64,000 nt of DNA from IMG/VR virus record IMGVR_UViG_3300033121_002345. One strand, given 5' to 3'. Numbering within the stretch: the first letter of the stretch is position 1; every line of letters starts with the position of its first letter. Both the position numbers and the translations under genes were made by a program. Of the stretch, positions 1-9,242 are shown piece after piece. The notes below the pieces were generated by a model. It had not been told where the DNA came from and did no database searches. It saw only the letters and a list, made by a program, of their open reading frames with translations. The DNA is from an uncultured virus (IMG/VR IMGVR_UViG_3300033121_002345) (taxonomy: Duplodnaviria > Heunggongvirae > Uroviricota > Caudoviricetes).

Positions 1-138
1 ACGGCGCGGAGCAGTGATGAGTTCCGCGCTGACCTCGTCGACAAGTGTCGCGAGATCTGCGTTACCGGTCTTCTCCAGCTCGGCGGCGATTTCGTCCAGC
101 TCGGAGATGACAGGGTTGTTCATGTGGGGATGCGCCAT
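1..138 (-). CDS. hypothetical protein, N-terminal part (runs off the window); candidate head-internal protein
   Basis: ATG at 138 preceded by GAGG; translates MAHPHMNNPVISELDEIAAELEKTGNADLATLVDEVSAELITAPRR with the frame open to the window edge. Confidence 0.7.
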   Translation of the reverse strand, partial: MAHPHMNNPVISELDEIAAELEKTGNADLATLVDEVSAELITAPRR

Positions 139-165
139 GGCTATTGACCTCTTATGGGGTTCTCG

Positions 166-498
166 TTAGGGGTTACTCGGCCGCTTCCTCAGCCATTCGC
201 GATTCGCCAAACGACGAATTGCGCGACGAGCATCGGAAAGTGAAGAAGCTGCCTGACGAATCAAGCTAGCATCATCAGTGTCGAAATAAGTCAACGCAGA
301 CGTGGAGTTAATGTCCTGGAATACGTGATTCAGCTCTTCCAGGGCAGTGTAGTAGCCTGCAAGGGCCTGACGAAGTCGGTCCTTTTGCCGGCGGGACTGG
401 GTTGGGGAGACGTCAGAACCTTCCGTCTCCGCTTCCTTTGCGCGGGCGTGTACAAGAGCCGAAATCTCAGCGAGCCGTTCGCGGGCTTTCTGATCCAT
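166..498 (-). CDS. hypothetical helical protein
   Basis: 110-aa ORF directly downstream of the tail tube gene on the same strand. Confidence 0.7.
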   Translation of the reverse strand: MDQKARERLAEISALVHARAKEAETEGSDVSPTQSRRQKDRLRQALAGYYTALEELNHVFQDINSTSALTYFDTDDASLIRQAASSLSDARRAIRRLANREWLRKRPSNP

Positions 499-504
499 GG
501 GTAT

Positions 505-1023
505 TTAGACAGCCCTCGTCCGAGAAACGAATGCGACCTGACCATCTACGATAGTCTTGGCATCACCCTCGGCGGTGAATGCCTGCTCATTGCGGCCGGT
601 GAACCAGCATCCAGAGTAGAGCCAGACGCGGTAAACAGCAGAACCTCGGAACAGGTACTCCTGCATCGAGAAGGGGCGGCTCTGGTCGATCAGATCGGCC
701 CAGACAGCCGGGTATCCAAGAGCAATCTCGAATTCCTGGTTCCACACCTCAACGCGAGAAACGGAGATGTTGTAGTTGGTGTTGATCGACGGCACGTAAT
801 CGACCGGACGGCCGAACGTGAGGTGGTTCAACTCGTAGACGTGAGCGCCATTACGAGAGTACATCTGAGGGTTCCAAGACTGGATTCGACCACAGATGCG
901 TCCGTTTACCACGATCGAGATGCCGTGGTAGGTCTTGATCGTAGGCGCCCCAGGAGCATCGAATTCGAGCGGACGAACTCGAACGCCATGCGGGTTTGCA
1001 GCAAACGGTGTAGGGGATGCCAT
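505..1023 (-). CDS. putative contractile tail tube protein
   Basis: 172 aa, AGGAG RBS, beta-rich; the 'GRIQSWNP...VYEL' and 'LYSGCWFT' segments resemble myovirus tube proteins; lies downstream of the sheath gene. Confidence 0.7.
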   Translation of the reverse strand: MASPTPFAANPHGVRVRPLEFDAPGAPTIKTYHGISIVVNGRICGRIQSWNPQMYSRNGAHVYELNHLTFGRPVDYVPSINTNYNISVSRVEVWNQEFEIALGYPAVWADLIDQSRPFSMQEYLFRGSAVYRVWLYSGCWFTGRNEQAFTAEGDAKTIVDGQVAFVSRTRAV

Positions 1024-1073
1024 GAATTCTCCTGTTACCGATATTTAGTCGGAGAGACGCAAACGTCTAACCT

Positions 1074-1556
1074 TCACTGAACCTTTTCGGCGCCTTCCAA
1101 GTGCAGAGAAGCCGCTTGCCTAAGCTTCAGATAACGCCGAACATCGGATTCGGTAACGTTCTCACTCACTACTCTGGTAGAATAGGAAGCTTCAGCACGA
1201 GACTGAAGCTCCTTAGCTGCCATGAGGAGGTTGATTCTAGACACGGCTGACATCGCAGCCTTGTTGATGTAGTAGGCCGATGACTCGTCAACGCGGTTGT
1301 CGACCTCACGGAACGGGACCGCACGATACTGGTGCTCTGCCGCGTATTCCGTCAAGGGCATAGGGCCGGACGTCTGAACGTAGCGGATATATTGACGAAC
1401 CAGGCGTTCTGCGGCCGAAAGATCGTCAACCAAGACTCCACGGGAAAGGAACTGATGTGCCCTATTGTAGAGCAGGACTTTCCCGTCCTGCTTCCGAGCC
1501 ATGAGGCCGGCTGCGTCCAGAAGGGTGCTAAGCCTCTTGAGGTCTGCCTTTGACAT
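1074..1556 (-). CDS. hypothetical protein
   Basis: 160-aa ORF whose start overlaps the upstream stop (TAATG). Confidence 0.7.
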   Translation of the reverse strand: MSKADLKRLSTLLDAAGLMARKQDGKVLLYNRAHQFLSRGVLVDDLSAAERLVRQYIRYVQTSGPMPLTEYAAEHQYRAVPFREVDNRVDESSAYYINKAAMSAVSRINLLMAAKELQSRAEASYSTRVVSENVTESDVRRYLKLRQAASLHLEGAEKVQ

Positions 1557-2578
1557 TACGCAACCTCTTGCAGGCGGTCCAGAACATCGGGAAGAACTTC
1601 CCTGTACTGCTTCGCCAATTCGGGGTCCTTCGCCTGAAGAGTCGAAAGCAAGGCGTCTGGGGAGACTTCCTTTTCCTTGATCCAGGCGACGGCCTTCTCA
1701 ATCAGATTCTTCTTCTCCTGGAAAGAGAGCTTGCTTTCTTCCTCGGCATCAGCGTCTGCTTCAGAGAGCAAACGGTCGAACACCGAGTAGAGAACGCCCT
1801 CGTTCTTCAGGTAGACAGCGGAGTACTTGATGAAGATCGTGTACTCCTTGAACTTCGGGAAGTTACGGGAGCTGACAGAAGTGCCGCGGGTCAATTGATT
1901 GAGAACCAGCGCAGCCTCTTCGGCAGAACGGAAGACGGCAGGACGGTAGGGGTCCAGATCCGCGTTCGGGTTCTTTTCGAGCTGTCCCAGGATCTTCTGG
2001 TTCTCGTAGTAAGTGACCTGTCCGTCCTTGGGACCGCCGTTGTGAACGATCTTCCAAGCCCGTCCACCTACCTCCTTGTCGTACCCATGCTCGATACGAA
2101 AGGGCCGGTCAGAAACGTCGCGAACGTCTGCCGTAATGACCTTAACCTGGGGAAGGACGCCGCCGAACACTGAGGTCAGTGCATCTTGCAGCTTGTCCAA
2201 GGGAACCAATCCCTTTGGAGGGGCACCGGGGACCATTTCGGTCTTGGAGCTGACCGCGCCCAGGTCACCGCCCTGTTCCAAGAGGCGGAGAGGCCCAAAA
2301 ACCAGGTCGAGACGAATTCCATCGCCCTGACCAGGAGCCACGGTGCGGGTCGCTAGAACCTTCTGGATGGAAGGTGCCTTCTGGCCCTTGGCTTCACGTG
2401 TAGTGAAGTACTGGACGAGCTTCTTCACTCGACCACTTTGGGCATGGTCGAGGGCCATCGTCGCCCTGGAGGGGTCCAGGGGACGCTTCGAAACCTTCAT
2501 CACACGAATTGCCAGCTTGTAGAGCAGGCTGGCAATTCGGGTGCGGGTCTCTGTATCGAGTGAAGACAGACGGGCCAT
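1556..2578 (-). CDS. hypothetical protein
   Basis: 340-aa ORF in the operon between sheath and tube. Confidence 0.75.
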   Translation of the reverse strand: MARLSSLDTETRTRIASLLYKLAIRVMKVSKRPLDPSRATMALDHAQSGRVKKLVQYFTTREAKGQKAPSIQKVLATRTVAPGQGDGIRLDLVFGPLRLLEQGGDLGAVSSKTEMVPGAPPKGLVPLDKLQDALTSVFGGVLPQVKVITADVRDVSDRPFRIEHGYDKEVGGRAWKIVHNGGPKDGQVTYYENQKILGQLEKNPNADLDPYRPAVFRSAEEAALVLNQLTRGTSVSSRNFPKFKEYTIFIKYSAVYLKNEGVLYSVFDRLLSEADADAEEESKLSFQEKKNLIEKAVAWIKEKEVSPDALLSTLQAKDPELAKQYREVLPDVLDRLQEVA

Positions 2579-2586
2579 TCGGTAGC

Positions 2587-3561
2587 TTACAGCGTGACGC
2601 GGTTCGCCGCCATGCGCATGAGGTGCTTGGAGCGGGAGAATTCATCTTCCAGCTTCGAGACCATGTGTGCACTCTCCACAACCGAGGCAAACTTCTCAGA
2701 GGAAGCCTGCTTCGGCGAGAGGGTGCTCATGAGCTTGCGAATCGTTGCGCCGAGCGGGACGATCTGGCTCTTGGTGATGTTCTGGATCTTCGTCAGAAGG
2801 AAGGCAAGGGCGCCCTTGATCTTCTGGAGGTCCGAGCCCATCACAGCGTCCTCAAGCATGTCATTCGCCTGAGAAAGCTGCTGAGTCAGCGCGGGGACAA
2901 GCTTCTGAACTTGCTGCATGACCTGAGCGGCGGGAACGCGCTGTTCCTTGGTCGCCTTTCCGGTCACATCCTGCATGTCCTTCGGGTTGACCTCGTCCGT
3001 GTTCAGGTCGTCCAATTCGGTCTGGTTGAGAAGTGCCTTCTTCAGCTCTGCGATCTTCGACTTGCGCCAATCCTTACGGTCGGCAGAAGAAAGCTTCGGC
3101 TTCGGAGTGCTCTTCAGAGGCGGAGTCTCGGAGGTCAGTTCCTTGCGCTTCTTGTCAGCGTCGTTCAAAGCCGTCTGCTTGGTCTTCTTGGAGTCCTTCT
3201 TCGGAGAACCCTTTCCAAGACCGCCGTCGACATCACCCTTGTTCGGGTAGCCAACAGGCTCAGCATCACCGGTCGGCTTGTCCAGCTTTGCGTCAGCCTT
3301 ATCGCCCTTCGGCTTCGGCTGGACCTTCTTGCGGTCGTACTTGTCCGCAGCAGTCTGACCGGGCTTCTTGCCCTTGCCGTCGTCCTTGTCAGTAGACTCG
3401 GACTTGGCACCTTCGGCCTTTTTCAGTGCTGCCTCAAGTTCCGCAATCTTACGCTTGCGAGAAGTGAGGGCAGGCTTGGACTCCAGCTCCGCAATCTTCT
3501 TGCGGCGAGCTGAAGCCTGGACCCGCTGGATGCGACTTGCCATGCTCTTGTTAGTTGCCAT
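2587..3561 (-). CDS. Lys-rich low-complexity protein, possible head-internal/scaffold-like
   Basis: 324 aa, GAGG RBS; RKKIAELE / RKRKIAELE / RKSKIAELK repeated; disordered K/D-rich middle. Confidence 0.7.
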   Translation of the reverse strand: MATNKSMASRIQRVQASARRKKIAELESKPALTSRKRKIAELEAALKKAEGAKSESTDKDDGKGKKPGQTAADKYDRKKVQPKPKGDKADAKLDKPTGDAEPVGYPNKGDVDGGLGKGSPKKDSKKTKQTALNDADKKRKELTSETPPLKSTPKPKLSSADRKDWRKSKIAELKKALLNQTELDDLNTDEVNPKDMQDVTGKATKEQRVPAAQVMQQVQKLVPALTQQLSQANDMLEDAVMGSDLQKIKGALAFLLTKIQNITKSQIVPLGATIRKLMSTLSPKQASSEKFASVVESAHMVSKLEDEFSRSKHLMRMAANRVTL

Positions 3562-3574
3562 TGCGTTCTACCTC

Positions 3575-6500
3575 TTAGACCTGATCTCCGAAGAATCTCC
3601 GGTCTACAGAGTAGAGACCGAAGAGGCGCTTGATTGGGTACCGCGCATTCCACCAGTATTGGAAGTTGTACGCGGTGCGGGAGTCGCGAGCACGGAACAC
3701 GCGAACGTCCTCATCCGGATCGATGGGGCGGGCATTTCCCGAGTCGTCGGTGTAGGGACCGATGATTCCCTGAGCGACCAGGTTCGTGAGGATGTCAACC
3801 AGGAATGTCTGGATGATGGCCACACCAGCCTGTTCAGAAGGCGGCACGATGGAGATCAGCGAGTTGTCCATCTGCTCACGGATTACACGAGTGGTGTACT
3901 CCTTCTGATTGATGGCGACGCTGATTTCGTTGTTGTCGTCGCTGGAGCGGTCAACAGTCGTGGACTCCTCGATGCGGAACACAGGAGCCGTAGCGTCTCC
4001 GACGTTCGAGCAGTAGATGATGCCGGCGCCGATGAGCAGAAGCTGATCGGGCTCCGAGTAGACGTTCATGCTGTCGAATCCGAAGAGATTCTTCCGAAGA
4101 AGGGTCTCACCGGGGTCCGAGAAGCTTGCGTTGCGGGCTGCGAATGCACCAGCGACGAACGAGCCGTCCATGGTACGAACAACCTGAGTTCCGTCCGTGA
4201 GAACGATCGTCTTGGTTGCCGTGTGGTTACCGATGAGGACGCGCTTACCGTGAGCGGGGTTCTCGCCGAAAACCTGGAGAGTGCGGGTTGCCAAGAAGAT
4301 GAGGGTACCAGCCGTGTTCTGGTCACCAATTGCCGTTCCGACCGGGCAGCCCACCCAAAGGGCACGCTCACCACGCTCGAAGGGATCGTTCATCTTCTCG
4401 TTGTTCGCGAGGGCCGCCGAGAGAGACCCGAACGTGCCCAGAACAACTACGTCCGTCAGGCTGCGCTCGTCCTCGGTTGCCTCGATGGCCGTATTCACGT
4501 CCACGTTCGTGATCACACCATCGCCGTCGCTGTCTGCTGCCTGGCAGAAGAAAGCTCCGGGGGCGTCGTTGTCCTCCAGGGCGAGCTGCGCCATGATGAG
4601 GAGGTCGTTCGTCGTGGCCGACGGTCCAAGGAGGCGAGAAGCCTCTTCGTACGAAAGCGCACGAATTGGAGTGTTGAACAACTCCGCGGGACGAATAGTG
4701 TTCGCCGTGATGTAGTAGAGACCAGCGGGGGCCGGCTCCAGACCAATCGTCTCGTAGCGAATCTCGATGGGATTCGTGGGAGCCGTGGCGAATGCGACGT
4801 AGGGCTGCGTTGTAGAGGGCAGCGAATACGACGTGATCAAAGCACCAGTAACGGTGTCGCGGATGTAGCGGATGTCGACCGGAACCTCCTGAAGCACCAC
4901 GTACTTCAGGCCCACCGTACCGGTAATGACGCCGAGCGTGTCCGTGAACACCTGCGTCGGGTCAATTGTCTCAGTCGTCAGAGTGGTCAGAGACCAATCA
5001 AGAACGTCTTCGTTGACCGTGTCCCAGGTCCAATCGTCGCCGATTGCGTAGCGGTTCGCCGTAGAAACCTGAGAGCCGATGTTACGGGCCCAGAGGTTGA
5101 CTACGCCCGGGAACCAAAGCTTGCCCTGGGGGCCTGATGCCGTGAGGAGGCCAAAGCTACCTTCCGGAGTACCGGTCTGGTACGAGAAGGTGACCTGGTT
5201 TGCTGTGAGCACGAGGCCCACTGCCGAAACCTCGATCTGATACTCACGGTCGTCCTTCGCCGTGATGAAGGTACGGGCTGCGGTTGCCTGGAACCAGAAC
5301 GTGTCATTGACCGTGAAGTTCGTCGCACCGAAGGAAAGGCTGATCAGAACTCCATCGCCTAGATCCACTCGGGCGTTGGACGCGGTCGCCTCGGCAATGC
5401 TGAATGTGCGGCTAGAGCCGCCATACGCGAGATCGTCGAACTCACCCCAGGCCTGCCACACGAAGGTGGCCGTGCGAGCGCCCGGACCACCGCCAGAGGC
5501 GGTGCAGATCATGGCGTAGCGCTTGTTGGCGAGGCCAGTAAATTCTGCGTCGTCACGAATTGCGACGGTTCCTGAACCCGCAACCACACCACCAACAGAG
5601 GTGGAGTAGTTCGGAGCTACCGCCGTCTGAGTGAACACACCGCTGCCCACCGCAGAGAAGCTTGCGTGCTGCTGATCGTTGGCGAGAGCCGAGTCGACTT
5701 CGATGCGCGACGGAGCCACCAGTGTGACCTCGTAGACCTCGTTGCCGGTAACTACAGCGCCCGTATCATCCAGAATGATCTGGATGATATCTCCGGTGAT
5801 ATCTGTGAAGTTGACGACCGCCGAAACACCACCAGGGGTGTCGAAGGAAACCGTCACACCCGTGGCTGGAAGGCCCGAGTGGAAGGGAAGCTGCGGCTGA
5901 GTTCCAGAGCCAGTGCCTCCGAATACCTGAGCGGCGGTGAGGGCAGCTCCGGAAAGAACCTCGGGAATCGAGGCTCCTGAATCCAGGAAGGTCTGAATGG
6001 TTGCCGGGATTGTTACACCGGGCGCACCGAAAGTGATGCGGTAACGACGATTGTAGTCGTGGTTCGAGCTGGAGGTTCCACGAACACCAACAGCCGGGCT
6101 ACCGGTTCCGCTGATCTTGCGGAAGAAGCCTGCAGTCGTGTACGTCGCAGCCGCCATAGCCGCTGTCGGGAATCGCAAACCGGTTGTGCCGAGAATTGCG
6201 TCAGCAGTACCTGCAGCAACGAGAATCCGGCTGATTCCAGGGTCGAAGCTATTCGACCGAAGTCCGAGGAATCCACCAGTTGCTACGTAGGCCGTACCCT
6301 GTGCAGAGATGACCGCGTTGATGAGAGCGGCCACTTCTGTAGTGGTGAAGATACCAGCAGTGAATGTCACTGCAGGCATCGCGGTGCCGTTGATGGTGAG
6401 ATTCAGGATTTCGCCGCCTACGAAGGTGTAGGGGCCAGCGATGGTGCTCGTTACCTGAGCAGGGTCGAAACCATGGGCCGCCGAACCAGAATAGGCGTTG

Positions 6501-7048
6501 CTCACGCCGGCTGTCGGCGGGGTGATCGTGATGGGAAGGAAGTAATTGACGTACTCCTCGTACTTGTCCTGATTCTCCGTGTCACCAACGAAGCGGACTT
6601 CACGAACCTGGTCGAAGGGCAGCTCGTCGCGGATGGTGCGCGAGGTCGACTGGTAGTCGAGAGAATAGGTGACGTTGAGGTCGAATGCCTCGGGAGCCAG
6701 CAACACCGTGTCGAAGATGCCGCTTCCCGGAGTCGACTCCAGGAATTGCCACTTCGAAGCCGGAACGATGATACCATCGCTGCGGAAGAGGCGGGCAACC
6801 GTCTGGTCGTTCAACGCGGGCTGCGCGAGCGCCACGATATGAGGAGCAACCGTTGGGAACGGAAGGCTGATGTCCGAAAGGTAGCTGCGACGAATGGGCT
6901 GGTTGAATACCGTACGAAGACGGCTTCCACGACCCACATAGCAGGGCAGACGAACGAATCCAGTGAGTCCAGTGGGAGCTACTCGGTTGACACGGCCGAT
7001 GTAGACACCGGGCTTCGTCACGCGAGTTGTTACGAGTACGTCAACCAT
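3575..7048 (-). CDS. contractile tail sheath protein (long, with inserted domains)
   Basis: 1157 aa, GAGG RBS; N-terminal 'KPGVYI' and C-terminal 'YPIKRLFG' segments are typical of sheath proteins; large beta-rich insertion. Confidence 0.85.
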   Translation of the reverse strand: MVDVLVTTRVTKPGVYIGRVNRVAPTGLTGFVRLPCYVGRGSRLRTVFNQPIRRSYLSDISLPFPTVAPHIVALAQPALNDQTVARLFRSDGIIVPASKWQFLESTPGSGIFDTVLLAPEAFDLNVTYSLDYQSTSRTIRDELPFDQVREVRFVGDTENQDKYEEYVNYFLPITITPPTAGVSNAYSGSAAHGFDPAQVTSTIAGPYTFVGGEILNLTINGTAMPAVTFTAGIFTTTEVAALINAVISAQGTAYVATGGFLGLRSNSFDPGISRILVAAGTADAILGTTGLRFPTAAMAAATYTTAGFFRKISGTGSPAVGVRGTSSSNHDYNRRYRITFGAPGVTIPATIQTFLDSGASIPEVLSGAALTAAQVFGGTGSGTQPQLPFHSGLPATGVTVSFDTPGGVSAVVNFTDITGDIIQIILDDTGAVVTGNEVYEVTLVAPSRIEVDSALANDQQHASFSAVGSGVFTQTAVAPNYSTSVGGVVAGSGTVAIRDDAEFTGLANKRYAMICTASGGGPGARTATFVWQAWGEFDDLAYGGSSRTFSIAEATASNARVDLGDGVLISLSFGATNFTVNDTFWFQATAARTFITAKDDREYQIEVSAVGLVLTANQVTFSYQTGTPEGSFGLLTASGPQGKLWFPGVVNLWARNIGSQVSTANRYAIGDDWTWDTVNEDVLDWSLTTLTTETIDPTQVFTDTLGVITGTVGLKYVVLQEVPVDIRYIRDTVTGALITSYSLPSTTQPYVAFATAPTNPIEIRYETIGLEPAPAGLYYITANTIRPAELFNTPIRALSYEEASRLLGPSATTNDLLIMAQLALEDNDAPGAFFCQAADSDGDGVITNVDVNTAIEATEDERSLTDVVVLGTFGSLSAALANNEKMNDPFERGERALWVGCPVGTAIGDQNTAGTLIFLATRTLQVFGENPAHGKRVLIGNHTATKTIVLTDGTQVVRTMDGSFVAGAFAARNASFSDPGETLLRKNLFGFDSMNVYSEPDQLLLIGAGIIYCSNVGDATAPVFRIEESTTVDRSSDDNNEISVAINQKEYTTRVIREQMDNSLISIVPPSEQAGVAIIQTFLVDILTNLVAQGIIGPYTDDSGNARPIDPDEDVRVFRARDSRTAYNFQYWWNARYPIKRLFGLYSVDRRFFGDQV

Positions 7049-7124
7049 TTTTCCTCTTCATCACTCTGTACTCTGGATTACTATTCACCAGTAGGCAGAG
7101 ATTCGATTTGTTGGAATCTCTCGG

Positions 7125-7601
7125 TCACTCACCAAGGTCAAGAGCGATGTCGTCCAAGGCCGAATCCTCAGACGGGGCCGGAGTAGCCGCGTTCGGCTCT
7201 TCCTTGCCCCCACCCGCGTGCTCGCCGCCATTGGCGCCGGGAGCATTGGGGTCCATGTCCATTTGCTGGCTCGCAAGGTCACGAAGCGTGCGGTAGAACT
7301 CGTGCAAGTCCTTCTCGTGCTTCTCGGCGTCGCGAACCAGCTTCTTCACCAGGCGGACCTGTTCGCTGTCCGCACCGTACTGGTCCATGAAGATGTAGAT
7401 GAGATTCTGTCCGCGATTGTTGTTCCACCAGTTGAGGAAATCCGGCCAGGACTCCACTTCAATGTTCGATTCCTTAGCGGCGGTACGCTGGATTTCTGCC
7501 CGGTGCTCACGGATGGTGCGTGTCAGGGTGGCAGAGACACCATCCAAGCCACGTCGCTCTGCGAGCGCAGCCAGTCTCATGAGTTGGGCTTCGATAGTCA
7601 T
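7125..7601 (-). CDS. hypothetical protein, candidate head-internal protein
   Basis: start moved to ATG 7601 (MTIEAQLMRLAALAERRGL...); acidic disordered C-terminus. Confidence 0.7.
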   Translation of the reverse strand: MTIEAQLMRLAALAERRGLDGVSATLTRTIREHRAEIQRTAAKESNIEVESWPDFLNWWNNNRGQNLIYIFMDQYGADSEQVRLVKKLVRDAEKHEKDLHEFYRTLRDLASQQMDMDPNAPGANGGEHAGGGKEEPNAATPAPSEDSALDDIALDLGE

Positions 7602-7731
7602 GTGTGGTGACCTAGTGGGTTGGTTCGAAATAAGGCGACCGAGCAAAGTTCTGAAGTTGAACTACCGAGCTTTTGGGAGTCTCGGGGCACGGCAACGTCT
7701 AGATAAGAGAAGGGGTTGAAGGTTTAAGTGG

Positions 7732-7767
7732 CAAAGGGCCCCTCGGAACTGGCCAGGGAGCCCTTTG
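7732..7767 (-). terminator. putative intrinsic terminator hairpin
   Basis: CAAAGGGC...GCCCTTTG inverted repeat just downstream of the 7772 stop codon. Confidence 0.5.
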
Positions 7768-7771
7768 TCGA

Positions 7772-8371
7772 TCATCGGGAACTATCCCTCATGGATGCCC
7801 AGCTTTCGCCGTTGGGGCCCACAGGGTCAGTCTGAGCATAGGCGCTTCGTTCGTGCTCAGCGTCTCGGTAGGCCGTCCCAACGAACAGGTCAGCCATGAA
7901 CGTCTTCAGTTTCGAGCCGAAGGAGCCCTCTTGCGGCCATTTGACCAAGTGGCCGTACCGCAGCATAGCGGTGAGGAAATTCGGCAACTGCCACATCCCG
8001 CCGGATGTCCAAAGGATGAAGCCCATGAGCGCATCCCCAGTAATCAAGGCGACCGTCAAGCCCACCAGAAGACTCAAGAACATGAGGTCTTCAATCTGAG
8101 CGATGTGGATGTCCTCATGAGCATCAGTACGGCCGTCTTCTTGTGCCCCAGGCAAGAAGATCTTCATGCGACCCAAGGTGATCGAGAACGGATAGATCTT
8201 GGCGAACCAAGGCTTCCACTCCGTGGTCAGAACTCCAGCTCCCTTGAATCGAAGCTTCTTCAGCTCCGCAAGCTGAATCAAGCAAGCGCAGACGCACAGA
8301 AACCAAGCGATCAGGGACCAGGAAGCGGTGGGCACGAAGCGCACCCACGCAAGAACAGTCTTTGTCGACAT
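7772..8371 (-). CDS. membrane protein with HExxH zincin-like motif
   Basis: ATG 8371 with AGGAG RBS; hydrophobic segments; HEDIH plus a downstream 'HERSAY' candidate third ligand. Confidence 0.55.
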   Translation of the reverse strand: MSTKTVLAWVRFVPTASWSLIAWFLCVCACLIQLAELKKLRFKGAGVLTTEWKPWFAKIYPFSITLGRMKIFLPGAQEDGRTDAHEDIHIAQIEDLMFLSLLVGLTVALITGDALMGFILWTSGGMWQLPNFLTAMLRYGHLVKWPQEGSFGSKLKTFMADLFVGTAYRDAEHERSAYAQTDPVGPNGESWASMRDSSR

Positions 8372-8378
8372 AGGTCTC

Positions 8379-9242
8379 CTACTGCTTTCGGATGAAGCGG
8401 ATTTTGTGTCCAGAGTCACGATAAGGCGCAAAGCGCTTTTTCATTACTCGGACTGCCTCGGGGTTACTGTCTACCAGGAGGAATTTCCTTCCCAGTTTGA
8501 GAGCAGCCTCTCCCGTGGTTCCACTTCCTGCAAAGCAGTCGAGAACTAGTCCACCTACGGGAGAGGAAGCTCGGACGATTCGCTCCAGAACCCCAAGAGG
8601 CTTCTGGGTTGGATACCCGGTCTTCTCTTTGCCCGTTGGCGAGACAATAGTGTGCCACCAGCAGTCCGTCGGCAATTTGCCACGAGCTGCCTTCTCTTCG
8701 CTCACCATCCCTGGAGCCATGTAGGGCTCCCGGTCGATGTCATCCACATTGAAAACGTGGTTTCCCCGTTGCTTGGCCCAGAGCAGGATATTGTCGTGCT
8801 TTGCTGGCCAGCGATTCTTGGGTTTCCCACCGTAGTCGTAAGCCCAGATGATCTCGTTCAGGAAGTTGTCCCGTCCGAAGATCTGGTCTCCGATCAAGCG
8901 AGCGTAGTGCACCTCTCTGTAGTCCAGATGAAGATAGAGGGAGCCCGTAGGCTTCAGCACTCGGTGCAGATGCCGGAGCCTCATTCTCAAGAATGAGAGG
9001 TAGTTATCGTGAAAGGAGTCTGCGTAAGAGAGCAGGTCGCCGACGTCTGTCGTGACGTATTGGTGCCCTCCGAAGCCAGACCTCTCCCCTTCCCCATCGA
9101 CGCGCAGCATCGTGGCGTTCTGCCGTTTCTGCGTCTTGCCGGTGTTGAACGGAGGGTCGATGTAGACCAGGTCTACAGACTCGTCAGGGATTTTGGCGAG
9201 AATTTCGAGGTTCTCGCCGAGGTAGACTTTGTTTGACGTCAT
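8379..9242 (-). CDS. DNA amino-methyltransferase (N6-adenine/N4-cytosine, beta class), orphan
   Basis: catalytic DPPF (motif IV) near the N-terminus, 'YPTQKP' and SAM-binding 'DCFAGSGTT' (motif I) near the C-terminus. Confidence 0.93.
   Translation of the reverse strand: MTSNKVYLGENLEILAKIPDESVDLVYIDPPFNTGKTQKRQNATMLRVDGEGERSGFGGHQYVTTDVGDLLSYADSFHDNYLSFLRMRLRHLHRVLKPTGSLYLHLDYREVHYARLIGDQIFGRDNFLNEIIWAYDYGGKPKNRWPAKHDNILLWAKQRGNHVFNVDDIDREPYMAPGMVSEEKAARGKLPTDCWWHTIVSPTGKEKTGYPTQKPLGVLERIVRASSPVGGLVLDCFAGSGTTGEAALKLGRKFLLVDSNPEAVRVMKKRFAPYRDSGHKIRFIRKQ

Noticed and set aside
3368..5137. 589-aa + strand ORF, and similar long + strand ORFs at 6059..7186, 25797..27110, 47826..48965 and 61033..62388
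   Set aside because: They lie antisense to well-supported minus-strand genes and have no recognisable motifs; long shadow ORFs are expected with strong GC3 bias.
505..7048. Bacterial contractile injection system (eCIS/T6SS/tailocin) instead of a phage
   Set aside because: The window also has a phage-type DNA polymerase, dNMP kinase, topoisomerase, tRNAs and an HNH nuclease in one co-oriented gene array, with no host housekeeping context.
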